A stretch of 63,549 nt of DNA, counting the filler, from Octopus bimaculoides (lineage: Eukaryota): the NCBI RefSeq assembly GCF_001194135.2. It is 11 parts of 9 records of this genome, joined end to end, with 100 filler letters (N's around TTAATTAATTAA, not from the genome) between each part and the next. Parts side by side here need not be neighbours in the genome. Positions count along the whole stretch, not along the records: positions 48,550 to 51,048 come from NC_068983.1; positions 51,149 to 58,055 come from NC_068985.1; positions 58,156 to 61,370 come from NC_069008.1; 8 more parts are not named here. One strand, written 5' to 3'. This document shows positions 49,213 through 61,355 of the stretch, piece after piece (position 1 is the first letter of the stretch; each line of letters starts with the position of its first letter). Both the position numbers and the translations under genes were made by a program. The notes under the pieces were generated by a model. The model saw only the letters and a list, made by a program, of their open reading frames with translations. It was not told the DNA's origin and searched no databases.

Positions 49213-50640
49213 NNNNNNNNNNAAACTACTCAACTAGATAAGTTGCATGGATAATTTTCAGCAAAAACATTCACAAAAAGTTTGAAATTTGATTATCTAT
49301 CGAGATTTGATTGCTGCCACACGTACATATATTCAATTGTCATACGCAAAAAAATCATTACAGATTCATATATTCACATAGATAAACATGAAATATTTTC
49401 GCATATGCAATATCATTCAGTAGAAATATGAAATTAGGAAATTGGCCACGTGTAATACAATTGTAATGTTAAGTATTTTTTTTCCAAATACGTGCCTTTA
49501 TTTTAGAGTACGGCAAATCGAGCATGTAGGAAATATATTTTATACAGCTGGCATTTTGGAAATACCTCGATAATTCTCGATGGAAATGCCTGAACAAATT
49601 CAACTATTGCAACTTTTTATTCAGAATCATGTGTCTAAAATTATGTTAAATATTTCCATGAGATATGATCACAACATCTGGGGGCTATTAATGTAGAGAC
49701 ACGTGTACTCAATAAAACATATCCCCCAAAAACATAACTCTAAAAGGGATTTAGGAATGTTAAGTTGATCTTTAAAACCCCTGTTATGTTTGTATATATG
49801 ATGGATGAATATATACATATGTTGCCTCGATATTTTGATAGAATTTCAGTATAGCTTATATCGGTTTTGTTATATTCTTATTTTGAAGAAAGGCCGAAGT
49901 TCGATTAATTTATGTTTTAGAAGTATACTTACCGTTCGGAGGGAGCATGTATTAGAGTTGTTGATATTTCATAAATCGTTAGGGAAGCGAGCAGGCAGAA
50001 TCGTTAGCATGCTGGGCAAAATACTTTGCAGCATTTCGTTCGGCTTTACGTTCTTTGTTCAAATTCTAATGAGGTCGAATTTGCCTTTCGTTGCCGATAA
50101 AATAAATACCGGTCAAGTCCTAGGGTCAATGTAAACGACTTTCCTCCTACCCCCAAATTGTTGGCTTTATGTCAAAATCTGTACCCGATATATAAAAAAA
50201 TCGTTTTTGTATATTCGTACTGAAAAAATTATTTTATTTGGAGTAGCTAGAAAGGGAGAGAAGGTTTCGGAGTAAATGTCGCTAACCTTAAATATATTTT
50301 TGTTAAAGTTGTTATTGTGTAAAAAATTTTGAAATATCCTACCAACACCGTACAAACATTTAACCGTTATGAAGGGATAGACCATATAATTTGGCTCAAG
50401 TCGGTTCATAGTTTTCAGGCTATCTTACTATTGTTGCAGATGGATATAAATCATTTATCTTTGAATCTACTTTAATGTATCTGTCTTTGTAATATTGCAG
50501 AGCTTGATGGATATGATTTTGCGCATATCTAGACTACCCTTTAAATTAATAAAAAAATGTCATGCCCATGTAATTTATACCATGTGGTTATTAGTTATAT
50601 TTAATAAATGGGTTGTATTTACAATTACATGAATGTAGAA

Positions 50641-50995
50641 TCTATATATATATAAAAATGAGAATGTGTGTCTGTCTGTATGTCTGTCTCTCTGTCCGTC
50701 TGTCTGTCTGTATGTCTGTCTGTGTGAATCCCTAAAACTCGAGAACTACGCAACCAATTTCATTCAAATTTTACAGATGCCTTACTTAGGGTTCCAGTTG
50801 TGTTTTAGTCAAACAATTTTTTTAACTTCTTGCAGAGTTCGAGCCCACGGCAACATAATATCTCCTCCACTATTTAAGTATTACGTATCAAAAGTGAAAC
50901 AAAAACACTCATGTCAAATACTTTCACTTTAAAAATGAAACTATTCCACTAACTGAAACAATCACATTTCGATACTGTAATGACAGATACTTTCA
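50641..50995 (+). mobile_element. Probable Helitron-type non-autonomous element, 5' part
   Basis: A|TC 5' end, TCTATATATATAAAAATGAG followed by (TGTC)n, then ...ACTACGCAACCAATTTCATTCAAATTTTAC, the layout typical of such elements. The 3' CTRR end was not seen. Confidence 0.55.
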
Positions 50996-51148
50996 GAGAG
51001 AGAGAAAGAGAAAGAGAGAAAGACAGAGAGAGAGATGTATATGTATACNNNNNNNNNNNNNNNNNNNNNNNNNNNNNNNNNNNNNNNNNNNNTTAATTAA
51101 TTAANNNNNNNNNNNNNNNNNNNNNNNNNNNNNNNNNNNNNNNNNNNN

Positions 51149-51356
51149 TATTCAGACAAATACATAACAAAGACACCAGGACTTACAAATATATATAACA
51201 TACAGAAAATTGCACTACTGGGTACTGCACACATTCTACGCAAAACACTTTCAATACAGTAAACATAAGAGCACCACAGCAAACCACAGCACATACCCAA
51301 GGCGCACAGAGCTCGGTAGTGAAGTGAAAGCACGTTATAAAAATAAAACTACTGAA
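51149..51356 (+). mobile_element. Dong/R4-like 3' end, subfamily C
   Basis: SDKYITKTPGLTNIYNIQKIALLGTAHILRKTLSIQ* plus UTR and an (AAT)n tail; second copy at 61140-61355. Confidence 0.8.
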
Positions 51357-51382
51357 CAATAATAATAATTATAATAATAATG

Positions 51383-51454
<72 letters not shown>

Positions 51455-52016
51455 CTGGTGGGAAATCAAACCACCTTCAGTGCTTGAAAATGATCAATCC
51501 TCTGGAATTTCATCATTCAAACTGACAGAAAGATAGATGCGAATAGGCCAGACGTTATGTTGAAAGACTTCAGACAAAAATCATGACTCCTCATTGATGT
51601 GACTGTCCCAATCGACATAAATGTATCTGTCAAGACCAAAAATTGAGCAAGTATAAAGATCTTGAAACAGAAATTGGCAAAAGATGGAACCTCAAGACTA
51701 ACACAATACCTGTTGTCATAGGCGCCCTAAGAATGATAGCAAAAGGGGCTGATTGCTACCTAGCTCAGATGCCACGAAACCCCAAAATGGCAGAAATTCA
51801 AAAGATAGTGCTCATAGGAACTGCCCATATCCTACGTAAAATACTGTCTATGTAATCTCAAATTTTAAAGTAAGCTCATAATTTTCTTATGTTTCTCTAG
51901 AATATTAATATGTGCAGAACCAAATATATGACACCCTAGGCATAACACCAGCATGAACTTCTAACTTGTTATCTCTTGTTATCTAACTTGTTATCTTCTA
52001 TGTTATATCAAACATA
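51455..52016 (+). mobile_element. Dong/R4-like 3' fragment, subfamily B
   Basis: ILWNFIIQTDRKIDANRPDVMLKD...LIDVTVPID...KYKDLETEI...IPVVIGAL...GTAHILRKILSM*; frameshifted. Confidence 0.88.
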
Positions 52017-52098
52017 GAAGAAGAAGAAGAAGAAGAAGAAGAAGAAGAAGAAGAAGAAGAAGAAGAAGAAGAAGAAGAAGAAGAAGAAGAAGAAGAAG
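52017..52098. repeat. (AAG)n microsatellite
   Basis: Direct reading. Confidence 0.95.
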
Positions 52099-52141
52099 CC
52101 TTTCTACTATAAGCACAAAGCCTGCAATTTAGGGAAACAGG

Positions 52142-52410
52142 ATGGAAAATAGCAAAGTGCGAGGATCTAGCATTGAGTTATAGAGGCATTGGAAAGAGCG
52201 GGTAAAATGTATTTCTGTAGTTATAGGTGCATTAGAAACTCTTCCTAAAGATTTGAACAGCTGAACAGAGGAAATAGGTATAAAACCTAGTTTAATTTAG
52301 CTCCAGAAAACAGTATTATTAGAGACAGTTAAGATGCTTAGGAATGTCTTGACATCTAAGGTTACTGGTTGCCCGATGTTTGTTTTTTCCAACAGTCTAA
52401 TATTTTATGC
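52142..52410 (+). mobile_element. Dong/R4-like 3' fragment, subfamily A
   Basis: Aligns by eye to the reverse complement of 10800-11060 (VKCISVVIGAL..LPKDLN, GIKPSLI.LQKTVLL). Confidence 0.75.
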
Positions 52411-52872
52411 GTAAATGAAATAATATCATCGACAACAGCAGCAACAAATATGATTTCTGGTTACAAAATGTACTGACCTCTCAGGTCTCAGCTGTCACAA
52501 AAAATTGATCTGGCTTTCTTTAGACTTATGGTCAATAAATCCATTAGCTTACTTTAACATTTATAATTTCTAATACAGTTGAGTGCATTATCAATAATAA
52601 AAAAAAAATGCATACTGACCTCAATCTATTTCTATTCTATTGTAATATATATTGGGATACGAAAAACATCGGTTTGTACTGTTTGCTTTCAGAAAGAGAA
52701 TAAACGACCGTTATTATAATTCACGTCGACGATGGTTCGCCAGCGACAGTGAACTGGCTGATAATGAGAAGTGTGGCTTATGTTTATTGAACGTATAATT
52801 TTGTGTTCCGAGTTCAAATCCCGCCCAGTTCGCTTGACCTTTCTTGCCTTCTGGCGCAGGGAGGTGAAATAT

Positions 52873-53090
52873 TCTTTTCCATTCAAAGCACAAGGCTCGA
52901 AATTTGGTGGGAGGGGGCCAGTCGATTAGATCGATGCCTGTACGCAACTGGTACTTAATTTATCGACCCTCGAAAGGCTGAAAGGCAAAGACGATATCAG
53001 CGGAATTTTGAACTCAGAACGTAGAGACAGACGAAATAACGCCAAGTATTCCGCCCGGCGTGCTAACGTTTCTGCCAGCTCACCGCCTTA
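52873..53090 (-). mobile_element. Family-1 SINE
   Basis: Shared head and central domain. Confidence 0.85.
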
Positions 53091-53134
53091 GAGAGATGAA
53101 ATATTTATTTCTTTATTGCCCACAAGAAATAAAG

Positions 53135-53421
53135 AAGTTCGCGAGCATTGAGAGAAGAGCAGATGTCAACTCGGGATTTGTGGTTGCTTTCAAACAATTC
53201 ATGAGGCACCCATTTTCCAAGTTTAGGAGCTTTTCCAAGTTGGTGAAGATGACGATGAACAGTTGTATGGTTTGAACGAAGCTTTATTGCCAATTCTTCA
53301 ACTGATATTGCAGGATTTTCTTCAAGTAATGCCTCAAGGAGCTTATCATCAAACTCAACTAGGCGTCCTGTTCGATCTTCATCTTCAAGGCTGAAATCTC
53401 CACTTCTGAATTTTGCAAACC
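53135..53421 (-). mobile_element. mariner transposase N-terminal fragment (HTH plus WVPHEL linker)
   Basis: Stop-free FAKFRSGDFSLEDEDRTGRLVEF...ELAIKLRSNHTTVHRHLHQLGK..KLGKWVPHEL; catalytic domain absent. Confidence 0.92.
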
Positions 53422-53823
53422 NNNNNNNNNNNNNNNNNNNNNNNNNNNNNNNNNNNNNNNNNNNNNNNNNNNNNNNNNNNNNNNNNNNNNNNNNNNNNNN
53501 NNNNNNNNNNNNNNNNNNNNNNNNNNNNNNNNNNNNNNNNNNNNNNNNNNNNNNNNNNNNNNNNNNNNNNNNNNNNNNNNNNNNNNNNNNNNNNNNNNNN
53601 NNNNNNNNNNNNNNNNNNNNNNNNNNNNNNNNNNNNNNNNNNNNNNNNNNNNNNNNNNNNNNNNNNNNNNNNNNNNNNNNNNNNNNNNNNNNNNNNNNNN
53701 NNNNNNNNNNNNNNNNNNNNNNNNNNNNNNNNNNNNNNNNNNNNNNNNNNNNNNNNNNNNNTATTTATATGTATTTGTGAGTGTCTTTGTATGTATTCAT
53801 ATATATATATATGTGTGTGTATG

Positions 53824-53861
<38 letters not shown>

Positions 53862-56384
53862 AATATGAATTTATGTATGTATGTATGTATGTATGCATGA
53901 TGCATGTATGTGTGTGTATGTATTATGTATGTATGTATGTGTGTGTATGTATGTATGTATGTGTGTATATATGTATATATGTATGTGTGTATGTGTGTAT
54001 GTGTGTATGTATGTATGTATGTATGTATGTATGTATGTATGTATGTATGTATGACGCCTTCCACGCGGTTTCTTTCAAGCATATTCACTCTCAAGTTGTT
54101 GGTAGATGCAGCTCTATAGCAGAAAAGACACTCGCCCAATCTGCTGGGCAATGGTAATGAACTCTAAACTATGTCGTTCCGAAGCAAACTTATTAACCAC
54201 ACAGCCATGCTTATATCTATAAAGAAAACAAATTCGTGTGATACTCTTTGGAGAATATTAACATTCCTAATCTTGTCTCAGAAGCTTAACCAGCAAAACA
54301 CAAGCTAATCTTTGACGCTGATAGATATCTCTAAAATAAACGTTGTCAGATAACAAGGGTTGGGGTGAGTTATAGAACCTGTTGATGTTGTTGTGTCGCT
54401 TTCATCGTTGTCGTTCATGTTATTTTTATCGTCGATGACCTTATAGTTTTGTCTTTACTCGAGGTCAACCTTCTTTGTGCAGAGCTACAACAAAATACGT
54501 TCCAGGCAGGAACATCCAGTTTGATTATAGGTACATTATCCAATAGATCCTTTCTTTTCTTGAAATCTGTACTATGTGATTTCAAGCAGATTTCTCTGCT
54601 ATTTCTAGCACAACGAACAATCATATGCTAATTAACCCATAGCTTAGACTCTAGCTTGGTAAAAATAGTGGCTAAGGGGTGGGTCCACACTTCTATGAAA
54701 CCTGGACCTCCCGAACCAAACCCGTTCCTGGATGTAGTTTAAAGTCATACCCAGAAGTTCGAAAAGGAAAATGCTCGGGGAGTCAAACCTTAACAACAAA
54801 ACATAGGGTTTGTCATGAGATCTGGTGCCTTTTTCGATACCCTTCCGGCAACTTAAGGGCAGGCAGGGCTCTTCAACCCTGTAAGGCAATTCACTGCAAT
54901 GTATAACTAACTGTTTGCTGGGCATCGCAACCGTCTTATACCACTGAGCCACAGTTGTCTGGCCTACAATTCTGAAGGCTGGGGCCAGGTTGTGTGTACT
55001 GAGCCTACTAATTGCAGGCGAGAATGTCTTCTACTATAATCTCGAATCGATCAAGATGTGGTGGGGGGATCTAATCAATGAAAACTGTGAAGTAACCCGC
55101 TGTATATGAGTGTGCTTGTGTTTTGCTGTTTTTGCGTTTGTCTCTCATCAGATGACGACTGATTTTGGTTTATTTATTCCGTAGATTAGAATTTCAGCAA
55201 GAATAAACCAATAAACCAAATTAAGTGCTGGTGTTTTCGTTTTAATTGACTAAAACCTTTATGTGGTTCACCAGTAAGGCCGAAGTCCAATGACTGAATC
55301 AACCAAAAAAAAACTAAAAGTATTATAAGGAGATACATTCGAAGCATTTTATTTGAAAAATAAAAGGACGGATTGATTGAATACTGGTTTCTCTTTCCTC
55401 ATTTGTCTAATGAGATTTGAGAGCTAAATATGTAACAACCAAACATTAACAAATATAATAACATAATACTGTAATAGCTAATCAAAACGGACCCAACATA
55501 CTATAAGTGTGGCCAATATTCTGCGGTTTATGTGAGCTCTCCTTGAAATGGGATTATCCAGCTTGTTTAGATTCAGAGATGTCAGTTATGCTCTTCATAA
55601 CAGCATGTCTCTCGCCTACATATAAATCTATGAATTGATCGGCATTTGGATGATGCAATTTAAATACGCCCTACCTTATTATTAACTTTTTTCGCGTCTG
55701 TGGAGGAATGAGCGGATTGGATGAGTCATATGATTAACACGTCTTTTAAAGAATATTCGTGAGGTTGTCCTCCATCTTTAACTTATTTTCTCGGCTCATT
55801 GACGGTGTTCAACGGAAAAGGAGCGGGTATAGTCTTATGTTTACAAACGAGAGAAAAGACCATTCGCGATACAATGCCGTGTTACGCGTAGTTTCACACG
55901 CTTCGGTTATTCGTTCAGTATTTTAAACAAGATGTGGTAAATGGTTATAAGTGTCACTAGATTGCATCAGAAATTACAACTGTGTCCAACTAATCCAGTT
56001 ATTAAAACGGCCAGCGATATGTCATAACTGAGAGTCCGAGGTATTATCTGGTTATCGTTCTCAACAAAATGACCTGCTTGGCAGTTTCTACAAGTCTAAA
56101 AATCTAAATCACATCCATTCAACACTACACCTGTCAGCTCTAAAGAGCGTTGCGAAGTAGTCTTTCCTTCGATGGTAACATGCCTACACTGAATCACAAC
56201 ATAGATATTCCAGGTAACAATATCTCTGATCTGTGAAATATTTCATTGTATCATGATTTGACCAATTAGAATCTACCTAACTGATGCGTTTTGCACGCAA
56301 ATTCACTTGTTCCTTCTATATTATTTGAACCCTGATGTACTCTTTTCCCACAGCTTTCTCACGTTATTGAGCGAAAACACTTAA

Positions 56385-56640
56385 AAGCTCCACGAGGCTC
56401 CGGCAGGGGATGGTGGCGAACCCTGCTGTACCCTTTCACCACAGTTTTCTCTCACTCTTTCTTCCTGCTTCTGTTGTGCCTGTATTTCAAAGGGACAGCC
56501 TTGTCACACTCTGTGTCACGCTGAATCTCTCTCCAAGAACTACGTTAAGAATACACATGTCTGTGGAGTGCTCAGCCACGTTAACTTCACGAGCAGGCTG
56601 TACCGTTGATCGGAATCAACTGGAACACTCGTCGTCGTAT
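56385..56640 (+). mobile_element. SINE-like element sharing the family-5 tail
   Basis: GTCACGCTGAATCTC...GAACTACGTTAAG...TCAACTGGAACACTCGTCGTCGTA matches the reverse complement of 42760-42860. Confidence 0.65.
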
Positions 56641-58179
56641 CTTGTGATAAGGAAGTCTGCCTTCCTATCCTCGTGTTATATATATNNNNNNNNNNNNNNN
56701 NNNNNNNNNNNNNNNNNNNNNNNNNNNNNNNNNNNNNNNNNNNNNNNNNNNNNNNNNNNNNNNNNNNNNNNNNNNNNNNNNNNNNNNNNNNNNNNNNNNN
56801 NNNNNNNNNNNNNNNNNNNNNNNNNNNNNNNNNNNNNNNNNNNNNNNNNNNNNNNNNNNNNNNNNNNNNNNNNNNNNNNNNNNNNNNNNNNNNNNNNNNN
56901 NNNNNNNNNNNNNNNNNNNNNNNNNNGAAAACAATAACATGTATAAAAACACCTTTAAATGATTATTCCGGAGCATATTCACCATCTACTTCAATTACTG
57001 CTTCCCATTTGCTTGGCAGACGGTCAGAGTGTCATGTTTTTTGTTAAATATTGTTATTGTTCTTGCTGAATAAAATTTGTTGAAAAAAAAAAAGCCGCAA
57101 TAATTGATGACTGCCACAAGGCATTAAAGTATACTAGTCCTTATATATTTAACACTCTATATTTAATGCTCAATATTTCATATATTCAGTAAGACATTCA
57201 ATACTTCATTTCATTTTACTATTTATATTATATATTCCATATTCTATATCCCACATTAATTTTATAAGAATATAAATAAAACATAAAAAAACAGACAGAG
57301 TTGGAATTCTTTTAAATAATATATTCCTCTATACACGATCATACAAAACCCTTTTTTATATTTTTTAATTTTTATTCATATATATATATATTTATACACA
57401 CACACATTTATGTATATGTGTGATAGCAAGTGAGGTGATCTGAGATCGTATATCGAAACTGGAACTATTTCTTCGTGGACAAGTTATTTTAGACTTCTAT
57501 AAACATAATTTATTCACAAACATTCTGACGACACTGCAAGTTCTGTAAAGTACTTATCCTGTCTTATAAATTTTTGTCTGGTAACAGAAAGTTGTTGATA
57601 ATCCTAAACGTTGTGAATCCATCCATGAAATTGTACCTTAGTCTCCTGTCACCAACGCAAAACAAAGCACAGAACAAACCTGTCCATTCTGTTTTGTAAC
57701 GGATCTTGATATTTCAGATGTTTTGATTCATACGATTTAGAAAACGGAAATCATTTAAAGATGAAGCTGAATATTGTTTGTTTTTGAAGTTGAACATTTT
57801 GCATTGTATTTATAATATTCGTGCAGGGAAATAGACAAAGGAAAGGAAAGGAAAGAAGGAGGAAAGAAAATCCATGGAAGAAATATCAGAATATCGACGA
57901 CGACGACGGGGGGGGAGCAGGGTGGTGGTGATGATGAGGAGGAGGAGGATAATGATGATGAGGAGGATAATGATGATGATTATGGAGATGAGGAGGAGGA
58001 GGAGGAGGAGGAGGCGGAGAGGAGGAGGCGGAGAGGTGGAGGCGGAGAGGTGGAGNNNNNNNNNNNNNNNNNNNNNNNNNNNNNNNNNNNNNNNNNNNNT
58101 TAATTAATTAANNNNNNNNNNNNNNNNNNNNNNNNNNNNNNNNNNNNNNNNNNNNTATATATATATATATATATATTCC

Positions 58180-58440
58180 CTTCACTCATTTATTACTGTT
58201 ATTTTATTATCTTAATGCCTGTCCATTCTCCAGAAATCTTTTGTCACACATCTGTGACCTCTTCGGTGACACTTTTCGTTTCCATGTGTGTTCTTGCTCC
58301 ATTTGCCCCATTCTCAGAGAATGGAGTAATTGGAGCAAGTTGTGTTTATTTGGCAAAAAAAGAAAAATAATAATAATAAATAAAATGACTATTCCAAAAT
58401 ACAACAATATTTGTTTCAACACATGATTTTACATCAGGAA
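58180..58440. mobile_element. Rearranged copy of the 39477-39818 element
   Basis: Shares the TTCACTC.TTTATTACTGTT, GAAATCTT..GTCACACATCTGTGACCTCTTC and AAATACAACAATATTTGTTTCAACAC blocks. Confidence 0.8.
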
Positions 58441-58643
58441 TCCGGCAAAATAAATTGATAAATATATGTATTTATGTTATCCATTCCCTCAACACAACAC
58501 AACTTTTATAATCTTCTTCAGTTTTGTTTTGCTGGGTTTTTTTTGTTTTATTTTGTGTGTTTTTCTTTTGTTTATTTTTTTTTTTTAAATCTGATTTTAT
58601 TTATGCTAACTTCTATATTTCCTCCTCACTCTGCTACCAATAG

Positions 58644-58808
58644 TGCAGAGTTCCAGGTCAGAAGCCTCATGGCTGTGACTGCTCCCTTCACTAAGATTGG
58701 CTTGAAAATGCTGACCACTGCCCACACCTCAAATGATGTCCAACTTAAAAAGGAAGGAGAAAAAATAAACATAAAACTACCAAAGAAGTTAGAATTCCTT
58801 AACATAAA
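58644..58808 (+). CDS. Apolipophorin/large lipid transfer protein-like gene, exon a: AEFQVRSLMAVTAPFTKIGLKMLTTAHTSNDVQLKKEGEKINIKLPKKLEFLNIK
   Basis: Donor AA|GTAAGT; phase 2 joins the next exon (AA+G = Lys). Acceptor position is uncertain (58644, 58649 or 58657). Resembles the LLTP GLKM..T.HTS region as recalled. Confidence 0.7.
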
Positions 58809-58924
58809 GTAAGTGGCCAACACCTCACAAATAACTTACCATACACCTATATGCCCTTTCCTATCTCTATCTCTGCCTCTCATTTCTCTATATCTGTCTT
58901 TCTTCTGTGGTTTTTATCCCCAGA

Positions 58925-59037
58925 AATATCGGTCTCATTTGCAGAACCACCAAGTTACGTGGACGTAAACACCCTAGCATCGGTTGTCAAGCATTGTTGG
59001 GGCGGAGAAACACAGACACGCTAACATATACACACAC

Positions 59038-59073
<36 letters not shown>

Positions 59074-59231
59074 GCGACAGGCTTCTTTCAGTTTCCATCT
59101 ACCAAATCCATTCACAAGGCCTTGCTCGGCCTGATGCTATAGTAGAAGACACTTGCCCAAGGTGCCATGCAGTGGGACTGAACCCGGAACCATGTAGTTC
59201 GTAAGCAAGCTACTTACCACACAGCCACTCC
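58925..59231 (-). mobile_element. Family-2 SINE (intronic)
   Basis: Reverse complement of the 15214 copy. Confidence 0.85.
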
Positions 59232-59610
59232 ATTGTCCATCGCAGTTGAGTTGCTGGATGCAGCAGGAAAGAGTGAGAGAAAGTTGTGGCAAAAGAGCCG
59301 TGCGGAGCTTAGGTGTTTCACTCCTAAACACACACATCACCTGGTCTGAGGTTCGAACCCATGTGTAGTCCTCTCTGAATTTCTGGGTTTTTTTGATTTC
59401 TAATTCAAGAATTTTGAAATGTATACATAAATGATGATACCTCCATCTTCACAGTTGGTTGCCATTTCTTTGTGCTTCCTCACTGTTAGCGAGGAAGCAC
59501 ATATATACATATATACATATAGATATACAGACAAAATCACATTGATACTCATGCGCACACAAGCTTACATATGTATGTAACTGTATGTCTACGTATCTTT
59601 ATGCATTCAG

Positions 59611-59869
59611 GACTGAGTTCTCCACAGTCCACGATAGGAAGACGAAGGTGCAACCGTTAATTACTGATGATGTCCACCGAATAAACTTCTGTTCCGGAGA
59701 AAGTCTGAAGGTCTTAACTGGATTGAGATTCTGCCAGGACATTCAATATGTCAATGCTTCAAGTCACAAAAATGCACCATATTTCCCCTTCACTGGACCC
59801 ATGAAATTTAACTGGTATATGAAGAATGAAGATGCACCAAATGATTATGTGATAGAAGCTTACTCTGCT
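59611..59869 (+). CDS. Apolipophorin/LLTP-like gene, exon b: TEFSTVHDRKTKVQPLITDDVHRINFCSGESLKVLTGLRFCQDIQYVNASSHKNAPYFPFTGPMKFNWYMKNEDAPNDYVIEAYSA
   Basis: ATTCAG acceptor, GTGAGT donor, 259 nt, phase 2 to 0. The C...Y.NAS...APYFP.TGP motif is recalled from invertebrate apolipophorin/vitellogenin-like proteins. Confidence 0.78.
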
Positions 59870-59996
59870 GTGAGTAATTTATCTTTTTTAATTTGATCGT
59901 TTATATATTTGCTTTGTTATTTAATTTTTTTTTTTTTCAGTTTTTATGATTCTGGGTTCTTATGCTTTCAACATATATACATTCTTTTATTCTTTT

Positions 59997-60212
59997 ATTC
60001 TTTTATTCTTTTACTTGTTTCAGTCATTTGACTGCGGCCCATACTGGAGCACCGCATCTAGTCGTTCAAATCACCCCCCACTGGACTTATCCTTTGTAAA
60101 CCTAGTACTTATTCCATCGGTTCACTTTTGCCAAACCGCTTAGTTTACAGGGATGTAAACACATCGGCATCGGTTGTCAAGCGATGGTGGGGAGGGGGGA
60201 CAAACACAGACA
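59997..60212 (-). mobile_element. Family-2 SINE 3' half
   Basis: CTTTTACTTGTTTCAGTCATTTGACTGCGGCC tail. Confidence 0.8.
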
Positions 60213-60285
60213 CACACGCACACACAAATATATATATGTATGTGTATGTATATGTATGTGTAAGTGAAGGTAGTTGGCCTCCACT

Positions 60286-60321
<36 letters not shown>

Positions 60322-60461
60322 CATAAATATATATATAACTATATGCTTCACACACACACACACACACACACACATCTATAGATATTTGTTTCNNNNNNNN
60401 NNNNNNNNNNNNNNNNNNNNNNNNNNNNNNNNNNNNNNNNNNNNNNNNNNNNNNNNNNNNN

Positions 60462-60575
60462 ATGTTCGTTTGTCCATAGACACTCCAGGCTCAAAGACCC
60501 GCAGGAAAACCGCATTCGAGAAGAAGGGCGACAAGGTTTCCTTTTATACCCCATATCGGAATATAAAGGCAGAAG
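60462..60575 (+). CDS. Apolipophorin/LLTP-like gene, exon c (5' end in gap): VRLSIDTPGSKTRRKTAFEKKGDKVSFYTPYRNIKAE
   Basis: Open frame matching the expected L..(D/N)TPGS...R...SP(W/Y)K continuation; donor G|GTCTGT is weak. Confidence 0.6.
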
Positions 60576-61108
60576 GTCTGTATAATTTCTGTTATTGTTA
60601 GCTGTGTGTGTGTGTGTGTGTGTGTGGAGGTATTTAATGAATCAGCTGATTGTGTACCAAACCACACAATAAGAGGCCATCAGTTGGTACATCATAATCA
60701 CTGCCACCATGTTTGGGTAAATGCCATGGCGCTTCTGTGGGGCAACCAGATGACAGACTAACTAGAATGCTGGACTAAGTAATTTGTGCTGTTTAGGTTC
60801 AAGTCTTTGCATTCTGAGTTCGAATCTTACCGAGGTCTGCTTCAACTTTCATTCTACTGGGGACGATAAGACAGAATACCAGTCAAGTACTGGTTTTGAT
60901 GGTATTAACCTCAAAATTGCTGTCGTTGAGCCTTGATCAGAAACCATTATTACTGTTGTTGTTGTGAAGGCAGGGTCAACTTTGCATTTCATACTTCCGG
61001 GGGCGATAAATTAAGTACCAGTGAAATACTGAGGTTGACATTATTGACTAGTCCCATCCCCGCAAATTTCAGGCCTTGTGCCTATGGGAGAAAGGATTGT
61101 TGTTGTTG

Positions 61109-61139
<31 letters not shown>

Positions 61140-61143
<4 letters not shown>

Positions 61144-61355
61144 TAGTTTGATTTTTATAACGTGCTTTCACTTCACTACCGAGCGCAGCTCTGTGCGCCT
61201 TGGGTATGTGCTGTGGTTTGCTGTGGTGCTCTTATGGTTACTCTATTGAAAGTGTTTTGCATAGGATGTGTGCAGTACCCAGTAGTGCAATTTTCTGTAT
61301 GTTATATATATTTGTAAGTCCTGGTGTTTTTGTTATTTATTTGTCTGAATATTTT
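61140..61355 (-). mobile_element. Dong/R4-like 3' end, subfamily C
   Basis: Reverse complement of 51149-51356, with the (TAT)n tail at 61113-61140. Confidence 0.85.

Noticed and set aside
55560-55930. Possible MULE transposase remnant (HHPNADQFIDL on the minus strand)
   Set aside because: A single short motif with wrong spacing to the putative upstream motif; unsupported.
56395-56430. HDV-like ribozyme (GGCGAA followed by CCCUGCU)
   Set aside because: It folds as a simple hairpin; the nested P1/P3/P1.1 topology is not present.
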